DNA from: a bacterium
Lineage (GTDB): Bacteria; Electryoneota; JAOADG01
DNA: 64,000 nt
Reading direction: 5' to 3'
Assembly (NCBI GenBank): GCA_963681965.1
Contig: OY820579.1
Coordinates: forward strand, 1,504,001 to 1,568,000
The stretch's first letter is position 1, and each line of letters starts with the position of its first letter. The notes under the pieces are model-generated. The model did no database searches. It was not told where the DNA came from and saw only the letters and a list, made by a program, of their open reading frames with translations. Shown in pieces: positions 37,400 to 47,949 of the stretch. Both the position numbers and the translations under genes were made by a program.

Positions 37400-39531
37400 T
37401 TCACAATATGAATTACTTCAACAGGACGATCTTCTGTGTCTTCGCAAACGCACCCGCCTGCAATTGCACAAAATAGGTTCCACTGGCTAATCGCGAACCA
37501 TCGAGCCGCACGCGATACGATCCGGCACGCTGCTCACGCTGCACCAGCGTCGAGACTTCACGTCCGGTGAGGTCGTAGAGACGAAGATCGACGCGAGACA
37601 AGGACGGGAGGGTGTAGGAAAGAGTGGTGGTGGCGTTGAAGGGGTTCGGATAATTCTTAACTAGAAGTGTGGAATTTGGGTGAAGTGAAGACTCCTGAAC
37701 CGAAGTAGTATCGATAGTGAATTGGGTGATGAAGCAGTCATATTGACCATTACTCGATGTATCAAAACATGATGATGAAATTGGGAAATTAGCACTTGAT
37801 GTTAAGCCAATGGCGCATATTTTACTGATTGATATGCAACAAATATCCTCTCCGCCATCGTCGCTCGATCCTCCAAGGAATGTACTATAAAAATGATTGG
37901 GATTATCTAATGAAATACGAACGACAAAACAGTCATTTGAACCTCCACTATAAGACTGTTGCAACGCGTTCATTGTTGTCGGAAAATTTGTGCTAGAAGT
38001 TGTTCCAGTAACAATAATTTCATAAGAATTACGAGCAACTGCCATACCAATATCGTTATCAGTGCCACCAAAAAATGAACTATATAATAGATGAGACAAA
38101 TTATTATTTATAACAGTAACAAAACAATCATAATTTCCATTTTGGGTTGTATCGAATGCATTTTCAGTATGGGGATAATCACTACTTGCAGTAACACCGA
38201 CAGCGATAATGATACTATCCTGCGACAATGCTATATCATGAATTCTATCCCCACCGGAACCACCGATATAAGTACTCTTCATTAAAATGCTACCATCGTG
38301 ACTCACTCGTGATATGAAGGCATCTACTCCTCCATGAAAAGATGAATCGAATGCATCGCTTGAGCACGGAAAATCAGAGCTGTTTGTGTAACCAGCGAAG
38401 ACTATCGATTGATCTAACCGAAGTTGAATTATCGAATTACTTACTTCATCATATGAGCCACCGAAATATGTACTGAATAACAAAGCAGAACGATTCATAG
38501 ATAACTTTGTGATGATACAATCGTAACCACCATTCGTTATCGGATTATAGGTGCCGGTAGTAGTAGGATAATCAAGACTTAATGTGCTTCCACATATGCT
38601 ACAGCTACTATCCGCTTCATTCGCGATAATAGAATATCCTTCATCTACGTACGAACCTCCGATGAAACTACTGTAAACAAGCTGCGTTCCGGTAGGATTT
38701 ATTTTTAGTACAAAGCAATCATCAGTTCGATATCCGGAATGCGAACGGCAATAAGCATTCGTTGTCGTAGGAAAGTTGTCACTTTCAGTGGAACCGGTCA
38801 CATAGATACAATTCTGTGAATCAATTGTCAATCCATTGCTGAAATCATTGAATACACCACCGAGATAAGTACTGAATTGCAGGAGTGACAAGGTTGAATC
38901 CAACTCGGAAATGATACAGTCCGATAATCCGGCATTCATCCGTTCGATCGTTCCCGGAGTAGTAGGATAGTCAAATCCACTGGATGAACCTGCAATGACG
39001 ACCGATCCCGTACTGGTAACTCCAAGTGCTAATGCTTCGTCGTTACCCGTACCACCCACAAACGTCGAATAGATCTGTGGATCGATCCGCAGCGTCTGCG
39101 ATTTATCATACCCATTCGGTAAATCGATTGCGAAGACATTCTCAGCCACGATTGTGAATTGTGCTGTGACATCGTTTCCATGAGTGCCATTCGTAGTTGT
39201 TTGATATGCTCCCGGAATCGACATCCGGAGTTCGCCGAGGGAGGTGGGAAGCGAGAGTTCATTCGATAATCGGAGGTCGGTGCTTCCAATCCTTCGCACA
39301 CCATCTGGATTTGCTTCGGATCGGCACCGGGATGCGCGACGAAATCGAATTCGAGATGACCTTTGCTCTCATACCATTCGACATCGATTCCATTCCACAC
39401 CTCGTGATACACAATGCGTGTAAAGTTGCGGCAATCCGGTGCCCACTTCGAGGAATCATTCCCGAGGAAATAATTGTTGTGCCATGATAATTCACCTTGT
39501 GCATTGATCCATTTTGCGGAGGCGTATTTCC

Positions 39532-40103
39532 GTAGGTCGGAATTTATTCCGACATCCTCTTGTGTCGTGCATTTATCCGTAGGGGCGTATGGCATACGCC
39601 CTAATCTTGTATCTTGAATCCTGATTTTGTCTTTGCGAGGAATGAACGTAGGAACGTGCGAAGCACTTCCGAAGTGGAATGACGAAGCAACCCCGAAGGG
39701 CTCACCGAAGGTAATCTCCTCCTGTGTCTTTGATTCATTTAAAGAGTAGATTGCTTCGTCACTTCGCTGCGGCTTTCCGCCTACGGCGGACGATCCTTCG
39801 CTGCGTTCCTCGCAACGACAAGTGAGAGCATCTTGATCGGATAGGGGCGAATGCGATTGCCTTCGGCGAGCACTTTGTGGTTCGCCCCTACGTTCGCAGG
39901 CTCGGAGGTCTGCGCCACCAACAGAAGCGACGAATTTGAATTTGATGGCGTGCGATTTTAAAGGGAATTTTCCGGACACAAGAGGATCGCAGGCTCGGAG
40001 GCCTGCGCCACCAACAGAATAGGAGTTGGGTGGTAGGGATTGGGTGTTGGGAAAAGATGAAAAAAGTGGATTGCGACAGGCGCCATTCGGCGTCCTCGCA
40101 ATG
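39532..40103. repeat. Intragenic array of REP-type palindromes
   Basis: Units at 39532, 39579, 39628, 39748, 39841, 39895, 39988 and 40068 (GTAG.../...CTAC, CGCAGG..CTGCG and TGTC.TTGCGAG types). Confidence 0.85.
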
Positions 40104-41165
40104 GGCATAAACGCAAAAATGTGTGCTGGGATCGCTACTTAGGTGTCATTTGAAAGTACCATTTGAAGTAATTGAATCGTTTCTGTTCTTTGAGTCCGCG
40201 GTGGTTCCGATACTTCGCTTTCAATCGCGAAAAGTATCCTTCCAACGCATTGGTTGACGTTGGTATGGTTGGTTCGTCGAGATAATGGAACATATCCGGG
40301 ATCGCCTTTAACAGCATACTTCTGGCACATTTCAGGTCGCTTGCGATCCAACCGCCAGTCGGTGCCGCGACCGCTTTGCCATAGCGCTTTTCCCATTGTT
40401 GTGTTTTTTTTATAAAGCTGTCGCGTTTGGCTTTAGTATCGATCTCAACGACCGTCGTAAACAGTTCCGCTAGTTTCCTGGCATCGGTTCTTTTAGGATT
40501 GCGACGACACCACCGTAATCCCTGACGTTGGATGTGTACAAGGCAACGCTGCACCTTGATCTGCGGCCATAATTCGCGCAGAATCCGTATTACATGCGGG
40601 TTTCCGTCGACAGTGCAACTGATCGGGTTCAGGCCGCGTGCGATAAGAGGTTGCAAGAAGCGTCGAACCTGGTCGGCAACGTTTTCTTTTACATTGTAAG
40701 AACCGTCGACGATCGTCGTCGACGCGCCATCCATCAAAGCGACGATCGATGCGCTCCGTGTCAGAAACGTCCCGTCGATCAATAGATGACGGTGATGCGA
40801 AAGCGAACCGAAATCGTCCGGCGGTGGCTCCGACAGCCTTTGTTGGATCGTGTTCCATAACGAGCGTGGACTGCAGCCGCTTTGGCAGCAGAGTTGACGG
40901 ATCGAATATCCTTCGGCGATCCAAAGCTGAAACCAGTCGGGAGATCGACGCTCATGGCGGAATGAATGCCGACAAGTACGACAAAACCAGCGTTGACGAC
41001 CGTTACTGTAATGACCGTTTTTTTAGATCCGTGCAGAGGCAAATTGGACAATGTCGAAGAGCCATGAAAGTGCACCTAAGTGATTTACGTTAGCAAATGG
41101 TTCTTATAATAGCAAAGAAAATCTTGAGTTACTAGCGATCTCAGCACACATTTTTGCGTTTATGC
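40104..41165 (-). mobile_element. IS256/Mutator-like insertion sequence (about 1.06 kb)
   Basis: Terminal IRs G(G/A)GCATAAACGCAAAAATGTGTGCTG(G/A)GATCGCTA, 33/35; flanking direct repeat (C)TCGCAATG at 40095-40103 and 41165-41173; ends uncertain by 1-2 bp. Confidence 0.85.
40135..41065 (-). pseudogene. IS256-family DDE transposase, frameshifted in its N-terminal Zn-ribbon
   Basis: 'LIDGTF', 'TVDG', 'QRCLVH', 'TSTNALEGYFSRLK'; MALRHCPIC (ATG 41065) is out of frame with 'KNGHYSNGRQRWFCRTC' at the A7 run (41018-41024). Confidence 0.75.
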
Positions 41166-41190
41166 TCGCAATGACAGAATTAAAGGACAC

Positions 41191-41258
41191 GGGCGGGCAT
41201 GGGAGCCCGCCCCTACTGGAAAAAGGATCGACGGGCGGGCATGGGAGCCCGCCCCTAC
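41191..41258. repeat. Two identical REP copies inside the SBBP gene
   Basis: GGGCGGGCATGGGAGCCCGCCCCTAC at 41191-41216 and 41233-41258; near-identical copy at 37374-37399; read as 'SRGGLPCPPV' twice. Confidence 0.9.
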
Positions 41259-41753
41259 TAGCGTCTATCGTTTTTGAGGAATCAATTACGTTCGTGACGA
41301 GGGTGACACCATCGCGCTCAATAAACCAAGTGAAACCGTCGGGCCGCACCTCGCATTTATACACCACGGCGGAATCCCACTGCCCCTTGTTCTCGGTAAA
41401 CTGAAACGGGTGCGGTTATCGCGTGGATTGCACACTCACCGCTTGTACGGTAAGAAAACGACCAAATAAGAGAATCATCGTTAAGCAAACGACGAGGAAA
41501 TTTCGATTCATGTGCTGTGATCTAATCGTCATTGCCGCTCCGGCACAGTTCTAAAACATCGATTTGTGTGATCATACCGAATAATCGTAAAGATAATGCT
41601 GATATTTGATTAATCAAACGAATATTGCCGGTATTGGTAAATTAATCGTTGAAAACATCGAATAATCTGCCCAAAAATCCCCGATCGACCCAATCCTACT
41701 ATGAGGGTTTGTTGCGAGCGTACTATATTCAATGAAATTTGAATAGGTGAATT

Positions 41754-42926
41754 ATGGCTGAACGTTTCGAAGGCGTCGATTTTTACGATACCGATTCGCT
41801 GCTGACTGAAGAAGAAATCGCGATTCGCGATACCGTCCGCGATTGGGTCGAGGATCAATTTCTCCCGATCATTCGCAAACATGTCGCGGCGAAAACGTTT
41901 CCGACCGAGATCATCCCGCAGCTAGCCGAGATGGGGTTGCTCGGCGCGAACCTTCCGGAAAAATACGGCTGTGCCAATGTCTCCGAGACCGCCTACGGCT
42001 TGATCAATCAGGAGCTGGAGCGCGGCGATAGCGGTTTGCGCAGCTTCTCATCGGTGCAATCGGCGCTGGTGATGTATCCGATCTATGCTTTCGGCAGCGA
42101 GGAGCAGAAATCGTACTGGTTGCCGAAACTTGCGTGTGGCGAGAAGATCGGTTGTTTCGGATTGACGGAACCGGATCACGGCAGCGATCCTGCCGGCATG
42201 ATCACCCGTGCCGAAGACAAGGGGCGGCATTACATCCTTCATGGTGCGAAAATGTGGATCACCAACAGTCCGCTCGCCGACCTGTTTGTCGTTTGGGCAC
42301 GGCTCGACGGCGTCATTCGCGGGTTCCTGCTGGAACGCGGTATGCCCGGGCTTTCCGCACCGGAACTGACCGGAAAGTTTTCACTCTGGGCATCGGCAAC
42401 CGGTGAGATCGTAATGGATCAAGTCGAAGTTCCGAAAGAAAACATTTTGCCGAATGTATCAGGAATGAAAGGTCCGCTCTCGTGTCTCACGCAGGCACGC
42501 TACGGTATCGCGTTCGGTGCGACTGGTGCGGCGATGGCGTGTTTCGACGAAGCCCGAAAATATTCGCTGACCCGTCAGCAATTCGGTAAACCGATCGGCT
42601 CGTTCCAAATCACGCAGGTGAAATTAGCCGAGATGTTGACTGAAATCACTTTGATGCAGTTGCTCCAAATCCAGTTGGGACGGTTGAAAGAGCAAGGTAA
42701 ATTGAAACCGCAGCAAGTCTCGCTGGCGAAGCGGAACAATGTCGCGAAAGCGCTGGAGATTGCCCGTTCCGCTCGTACGATCCTCGGCGCGAATGGCATC
42801 CTCGATGAATATGTTTCAATGCGTCATGCCTGTAATCTGGAATCGGTCTTGACATACGAAGGAACACACGAGATTCACACGTTGATTCTCGGACAGGAAA
42901 TTACCGGCATCGCGGCATATTCGTGA
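41754..42926 (+). CDS. gcdH: Glutaryl-CoA dehydrogenase (acyl-CoA dehydrogenase family)
   Basis: '[23 protein letters not shown]', '[13 protein letters not shown]', 'GAKMWITN', '[14 protein letters not shown]'. Confidence 0.9.
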   Translation: MAERFEGVDFYDTDSLLTEEEIAIRDTVRDWVEDQFLPIIRKHVAAKTFPTEIIPQLAEMGLLGANLPEKYGCANVSETAYGLINQELERGDSGLRSFSSVQSALVMYPIYAFGSEEQKSYWLPKLACGEKIGCFGLTEPDHGSDPAGMITRAEDKGRHYILHGAKMWITNSPLADLFVVWARLDGVIRGFLLERGMPGLSAPELTGKFSLWASATGEIVMDQVEVPKENILPNVSGMKGPLSCLTQARYGIAFGATGAAMACFDEARKYSLTRQQFGKPIGSFQITQVKLAEMLTEITLMQLLQIQLGRLKEQGKLKPQQVSLAKRNNVAKALEIARSARTILGANGILDEYVSMRHACNLESVLTYEGTHEIHTLILGQEITGIAAYS

Positions 42927-42988
42927 ACGAATAAGATACAATATTTACAACGACCCACTAGGGATATATCTCCCGGGAAATAAATCGA

Positions 42989-43702
42989 ATGTCGCTGAAA
43001 TCGATGATCAAAGCCATTTTGCCGAAACCCTTGCACTACGCGTACAACCGGCTCGTATCGCGTAAAAAAATCCGTCAACTCCACGGCGATTGGTTCGATC
43101 TTGAGTGGAAACATCGCGCGGCAAACTGCGACGACGAAACTTGGCGAAAAGTCTACAATGAGTCATGGGAGAATTGGTCGCAACAGGATCTCTCTCCGAT
43201 CGATTTACAGAAAATCGATGCACTCATTCCGGAAAATGTGTCGGTGCTGGATGCCGGTTGTGGCGATGGTTATTTGCTGGAAGCGTTACGGGGAAAAGGG
43301 CGGACGTTATCTGGAATCGACCTGTCGGAAGTCGCGATCGTCAAAGCGCGTGAGCGTTTGGGAACAGATATTTTATTGCAAGCAAGCAAAATCGAGCAGT
43401 TGCCATTTCAAGACAAAGCGTTCGATGTGGTGGTTTCGGCACATACCCTTGAGCATGTCCGTGAATTTGAAGTCGCGATTGCGGAATTGCGGAGGGTTTG
43501 CACAAAACGCTTAATTATCCTTGTTCCGTCGCAGGAATATCTCCCGTATACTGAAGATTACCACCTGCACTTCTTTCCGCATGATGAGGATTTGTTACGA
43601 CGCGTGAATTATCCCGGAGCACATCTAGAGCGCTATACCGTTCCGACGGGGATCTGTGCTTATAGCGGAGATATCCTCCTGCTCTGGATTGATTTCGTTT
43701 AG
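42989..43702 (+). CDS. Class I SAM-dependent methyltransferase
   Basis: 'VLDAGCGDG', 'GIDLS', 'LPFQDKAFDVV...HTLEHV'. Confidence 0.88.
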   Translation: MSLKSMIKAILPKPLHYAYNRLVSRKKIRQLHGDWFDLEWKHRAANCDDETWRKVYNESWENWSQQDLSPIDLQKIDALIPENVSVLDAGCGDGYLLEALRGKGRTLSGIDLSEVAIVKARERLGTDILLQASKIEQLPFQDKAFDVVVSAHTLEHVREFEVAIAELRRVCTKRLIILVPSQEYLPYTEDYHLHFFPHDEDLLRRVNYPGAHLERYTVPTGICAYSGDILLLWIDFV

Positions 43703-43727
43703 TGGATCTTCGATCGATAAATTTCGA

Positions 43728-44648
43728 TTACACTTCTTCCGGAAACCGTTCCCGAACCAAACCGTGCCGTAAACCCTGCAGACATACTTTGACTTCTTCG
43801 ACACTCCAATGATCGAGTAATAATCGGACAATACTCGTCCCGGCGAGAATCACATCGGCGCGAGCCGGATCCATTCCCGGAATCTTTTTTCGTTGTGCGA
43901 TTGTCTGAGATTGAAACATGCGCCACTGATATTCCAGCTCTTCGCGATCGACCACGAATCCATGAACACTTGCATCAAAATGCTTCATCTTGATTGCGAT
44001 CGCTGCGATACTGACTAGTGTTCCGCCAATTCCAACGACACCGGCACCATTCGACAATCGTTTCCCTTTTGATAGAACCCGGCTGATTTCCGTTTCCATT
44101 GCTTTCATCGTACCGGGTGTCGGAGGATCGGAATGCGCTAGATACGTTTCGGTCAACTGAACAGCACCTATGGGATAACTCTCTTGCGAGAGAATATCGG
44201 AATTGTTGCCGATGATTATCTCGGTACTGCCGCCACCGACATCGAAAACGCCGATTTGTCCATCGCTACCGACAAATCCGTGTCGAGCTGCGAAATAGGC
44301 TAATCGGCTCTCTTCGGTTCCCGAGAGAATTTCAATCTCAATCCCGAGCTGTTCGCGCGCTAGTTGTACAAAGTGTGACGCATTTTTGGCGATACGAAAC
44401 GCCATTGTACCGACGATACATATTCGGGTAATTTCGCGGTTGTGAAGGTCGGTCACGATCTCATTGAGTTGTTTGAGATTTCGTTCGATGGCAATCTCGG
44501 AAAAAATACCCGTTTGAGTAGTATGCTCACCGATCCGAGTGGGGTATGATGTGTCGGTATCGAAACACCAACCGGACGAATCGTGATGCGCAATCAAGCA
44601 CTTAATTGTATTGGTTCCAATATCAATTACTGCGACGGGAGGTGTCAT
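43728..44648 (-). CDS. Ppx/GppA family exopolyphosphatase
   Basis: 'VIDIGTNT', 'GTMAFRIAKN', 'DVGGGSTE', 'RADVILAG', 'GLRHG'. Confidence 0.92.
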   Translation of the reverse strand: MTPPVAVIDIGTNTIKCLIAHHDSSGWCFDTDTSYPTRIGEHTTQTGIFSEIAIERNLKQLNEIVTDLHNREITRICIVGTMAFRIAKNASHFVQLAREQLGIEIEILSGTEESRLAYFAARHGFVGSDGQIGVFDVGGGSTEIIIGNNSDILSQESYPIGAVQLTETYLAHSDPPTPGTMKAMETEISRVLSKGKRLSNGAGVVGIGGTLVSIAAIAIKMKHFDASVHGFVVDREELEYQWRMFQSQTIAQRKKIPGMDPARADVILAGTSIVRLLLDHWSVEEVKVCLQGLRHGLVRERFPEEV

Positions 44649-44723
44649 ATTCGTGACTCCGTGGTAAATGGTTCCGAAGGTGAGGATTTAGTTGTATTTT
44701 ATTGCAACAACGGAAAGTATGCA

Positions 44724-46151
44724 ATGATGAACACGAAAAACGGTCGATTTTTTCTCCTATTATGGATCACCCTCATTAGTTTGACGGGACTTGCCTTCGG
44801 ACAAGTCACCAATGTCTCGGGTCGAGTTCTCCGAGGAGGACATATCCCTGTTCCCTATGCCAATATCACCTACACGCATACTGGATCGGGACAAGTATAT
44901 GTAACACAAGCAGATGCTGACGGAAATTACCTAATCCGCAATCTTCTCTTGTCAGTTACCGAACAATCTGTTCCGACTTCCGGGTTGTCATCACCGAATG
45001 TTGTAACGAACAATGGTGGCGCATCGATCAATTTTCACATTCTACTCGGTCAGATAATCGATCACGCAGCAATTTTCAATATCCTCGGTCAGCAGGTTGT
45101 ATCGATTTCACTGTCTTCGCGCGACGTAACTGGAAACCAACGAATTGCTTCCGGTTTCTGGGACGGTAGGACAAGTTCCGGAGTACCTGCGAGCAACGGT
45201 TTGTATTTTATCGTTTTGAAACTGGATAATCGGCAACTCGTGTTAAAAGTTGTCCTCAATAGAACGGGTAATCGTGTTGGACAACAACCGGTTACGGAAT
45301 TGATTCAACGAAATCTAACGAACTCAATTCAATCGTTATCAAAATCCCGGGCGACGATTGCAACCGAGACATCCTATCTGGTTCTGCTCGAGCCGGACAG
45401 CATCGGGATGCGGTTTCAACCGATTCATTTTGCGCGACTGTTACACGACTCGAACAATGTCTTTATCGATACGGTAACCGGACTTCCACCGCAGAGCATT
45501 CTCTTCATCGGCAATAGTTATACTTTTTTCAATGGTGGCATCGATCTTCATCTCGCGAATCTTTGTCGGAATGCCGATTCGTTGCAACCGGTGATTACCT
45601 CCAATTCAACCTTTGGCGGATATACGTTCGAATTGCACTGGCAAACCCCTTCGACCCGGGATTCTATTCGATCGCGCCGATGGGATGTAGTGATTTTACA
45701 AGAACAGTCTACCCGTCCGGTCGACGATTCACTGTTGATGTTTCAATATGCCGATTCGCTAACGCGGATCATTCGATACAATGGCTCCGAAGCCGGCTTC
45801 TTCATGACTTGGGCACGTCAGAATGATCCACCGATGATCGAGGGACTTGCTTCATCTTACAACCACTGTGGTCGAGCGAACGGGGCAATGGTTGTGCCGG
45901 TGGGTCGCGCGTGGCAGCTTTCCTTGACCCGCAATCCAACACTGACACTGCACATCTCCGATGCCAGTCATCCTACTGTGTATGGTACTTATCTGACAAT
46001 CTGTGTCTTTTACGCCGCACTGTTCGAGCGTAGTCCGGTTGGCTTGACCTATGTCAACGATCCGTCGATTTCCGCCACTGATCGGGATTTTTTACAGCGG
46101 ATCGCGTGGGAAACGGTTCAAATATATCCCCCCGTTTGCACCGACCCGTAA
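44724..46151 (+). CDS. Secreted protein: carboxypeptidase-regulatory-like domain, internal FlgD/CTD-like Ig domain, SGNH hydrolase
   Basis: Signal peptide; 'IFNILGQQV...WDGRTSSG.PASNGLYF'; 'LFIGNSYT', 'WDVVILQEQS', 'DASHP'. Confidence 0.75.
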   Translation: MMNTKNGRFFLLLWITLISLTGLAFGQVTNVSGRVLRGGHIPVPYANITYTHTGSGQVYVTQADADGNYLIRNLLLSVTEQSVPTSGLSSPNVVTNNGGASINFHILLGQIIDHAAIFNILGQQVVSISLSSRDVTGNQRIASGFWDGRTSSGVPASNGLYFIVLKLDNRQLVLKVVLNRTGNRVGQQPVTELIQRNLTNSIQSLSKSRATIATETSYLVLLEPDSIGMRFQPIHFARLLHDSNNVFIDTVTGLPPQSILFIGNSYTFFNGGIDLHLANLCRNADSLQPVITSNSTFGGYTFELHWQTPSTRDSIRSRRWDVVILQEQSTRPVDDSLLMFQYADSLTRIIRYNGSEAGFFMTWARQNDPPMIEGLASSYNHCGRANGAMVVPVGRAWQLSLTRNPTLTLHISDASHPTVYGTYLTICVFYAALFERSPVGLTYVNDPSISATDRDFLQRIAWETVQIYPPVCTDP

Positions 46152-46237
46152 ATCCAGCTATAATTAATTCGGAATTTGGATCATCAGTCGGGCGCGGATC
46201 GAATTCGCGCCCCTCATTTTGTTATCTGGAGTAGAAA

Positions 46238-47524
46238 ATGTCGAAGCGAACTGCATTCGAAGAATTACAGGCACGGGGTTTGGTCAGCCAACTCACCCAC
46301 GAAGAAGAGCTACCGAAACTGTTGACGACGCCGGTGACCTTTTACGTTGGATTCGACCCGACTGCAAAGAGTCTTCACGTCGGAAGTATGCTGCCGATGT
46401 TTGTGATTGCTCATCTGCAACGCTTTGGGCACCGTCCGATAATCTTGGTCGGTGGTGCTACCGGCATGATTGGCGATCCCAGCGGACGTTCCGAAGAACG
46501 CTTGCTGTTGATGCAGGATAAAATTTCCGAGAATCTTGCCGGGATCCGCAAGCAGCTCGAAGCGTTCGTCAGTTTCGAAGGCGATAATGCCGCAATCATG
46601 GTCGACAATTACGACTGGACCAGCAAATTCAGTTTCATCGATTGGCTCCGCGATGTCGGCAAGCACTTCACCGTGAATTATATGATGCAAAAAAAATCGG
46701 TGCAGTTGCGGCTGGAAAATCGCGAACAGGGCATCTCTTATACCGAATTCAGCTATATGCTGCTTCAGGCGCACGACTTCCTTCACTTGTATCAGACCTA
46801 TCGCTGCAAATTGCAGTGCGGTGGCGACGATCAGTGGGGCAACATCACAGCCGGAATGGATTTAATCCGGAAGAAGTGCGGTCAGGAAGCCGAAGCGTTT
46901 GGTCTGACTTGGCCGTTATTGACGACTGCCAGCGGCGAGAAATTCGGTAAATCTGCCGGGAATGCGGTCTGGCTCGATCCCGAACTCACTTCGCCCTACC
47001 ATTTCTACCAATACTGGATTCAAACTACCGATCAGGATGTGGAGAAATTGCTGAAATATTTCTCCTTCCTCTCATTGGAAGAGATTGCTGCGATCTGTGA
47101 GGAACATCTGAAATCGCCGGAAAACCGCTTGGCGCAAATTCGTCTAGCCACAGAAGTGACGCGCTTGATTCATGGCGATGCCGGTCTACAGAAGGCGCAA
47201 TTGGCTACCGACATCTTCTTTGGAAAACCGATACAAGGGTTATCCGATGCCGACTTGCTTGCGGTCTTTGCCAACGTACCCTCGTACACTTTCCCACGGC
47301 AGCAGATTGCCGAAGGGATCGCGTTGGTCGATGCCAGTGTCGCAGCAGGAGCCTACAGTTCGAAAGGGGAAGCGCGCCGCATGATAACGGGTGGCGGTCT
47401 GTATGTCAATAACAATCGGGTAACCGATGAGAAGATGATCCTGACCAGCGAGCACTTTGTCGGTGAATCCTCAATCGTGCTTCGCAAAGGGAAAAAGGAT
47501 TATTTCTTGCTCCGGTTTGAATAG
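46238..47524 (+). CDS. tyrS: Tyrosine--tRNA ligase
   Basis: 'YVGFDPTAKSLHVGS', 'QCGGDDQWGNI', 'KFGKS', C-terminal S4 domain. Confidence 0.97.
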   Translation: MSKRTAFEELQARGLVSQLTHEEELPKLLTTPVTFYVGFDPTAKSLHVGSMLPMFVIAHLQRFGHRPIILVGGATGMIGDPSGRSEERLLLMQDKISENLAGIRKQLEAFVSFEGDNAAIMVDNYDWTSKFSFIDWLRDVGKHFTVNYMMQKKSVQLRLENREQGISYTEFSYMLLQAHDFLHLYQTYRCKLQCGGDDQWGNITAGMDLIRKKCGQEAEAFGLTWPLLTTASGEKFGKSAGNAVWLDPELTSPYHFYQYWIQTTDQDVEKLLKYFSFLSLEEIAAICEEHLKSPENRLAQIRLATEVTRLIHGDAGLQKAQLATDIFFGKPIQGLSDADLLAVFANVPSYTFPRQQIAEGIALVDASVAAGAYSSKGEARRMITGGGLYVNNNRVTDEKMILTSEHFVGESSIVLRKGKKDYFLLRFE

Positions 47525-47551
47525 TTTGGAAGAGTTTGTTACGACACGAAT

Positions 47552-47582
47552 CGAGCCGCTGTAACGCGGCTCGTTTTATTTT
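47552..47582 (+). terminator. Intrinsic terminator of tyrS
   Basis: CGAGCCGC-TGTAAC-GCGGCTCG followed by a T-rich tail. Confidence 0.75.
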
Positions 47583-47605
47583 ACATAATAAATCGTTTGA
47601 TATAA

Positions 47606-47864
47606 ATGCAATATTTTGTAGATTACCGCCATCTGAAAGTCGATCACGGCAAACAATTTGTGAAAGGTCGTGTTCACATCAATGGTCTCGAAGGGTTCTG
47701 GAGCTGGGCAAAGGAACAGTTGATGAAACACCACGGCGTGTCGAAAAAGACTTTTCCGCTGTATCTCAAAGAGCTTGAGTTCAGGTAAAATAATCGCGAT
47801 CAGGATATCTTCAAAATGATCGTAATATAACTGTCAACTATTGTGCCAAACCACCACTAATTAC
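47606..47864 (+). pseudogene. IS1595-family transposase C-terminal remnant
   Basis: 'VDHGKQF...HINGLEGFWSWAK...HGVSKKTFPLYLKELEFR*NNR' with a premature TAA; N-terminus missing. Confidence 0.8.
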
Positions 47865-47949
47865 CTTTTTTTATCGTTTACAATGCAATTCACTCGCTTT
47901 AACTCAAAGATGCGTGTTGTTAAAGTAAGTCTTAACGAGGAATTGAATA

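Larger units (their letters stand above)
37413..41511 (-). pseudogene. Disrupted T9SS-secreted SBBP (beta-propeller) repeat protein with N-terminal 'FTENKGQW' domain
   Basis: ATG at 41511 with signal peptide; TAA at 41416-41418; IS at 40104-41165; frameshift near 39270-39290; repeats 'YSTF.GG...D....I....GxTxSxDFPTT'; CTD 'NYPNPFNATT...GTYFVQL...TQKIVLLK'. Confidence 0.85.

Noticed and set aside
36690-37400. tmRNA (ssrA) next to smpB
   Set aside because: No GGGG(C/A)TG 5' end, TTCGA T-arm with CCA end, or tag reading frame was found.
40493-41093. Alternative ORFs inside the IS256-like element (40493-40924, 40779-41075, 40749-41093)
   Set aside because: Off-frame or antisense to the transposase; the true N-terminus is the frameshifted Zn-ribbon.
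36906-41258. Repeat clusters as a CRISPR array
   Set aside because: Units differ in sequence, orientation and spacing, are GTAG/CTAC-ended palindromes, and no cas genes are present; they fit REPs.
41416-41418. Stop-codon readthrough or recoding in the SBBP gene
   Set aside because: The stop is TAA, which other genes here use as a normal stop, and the gene also has an IS and a frameshift; decay is simpler.
46152-46237. T-box leader upstream of tyrS
   Set aside because: Only 86 bp and no T-box consensus; the hairpin at 46190-46212 is more likely a terminator or degenerate REP.
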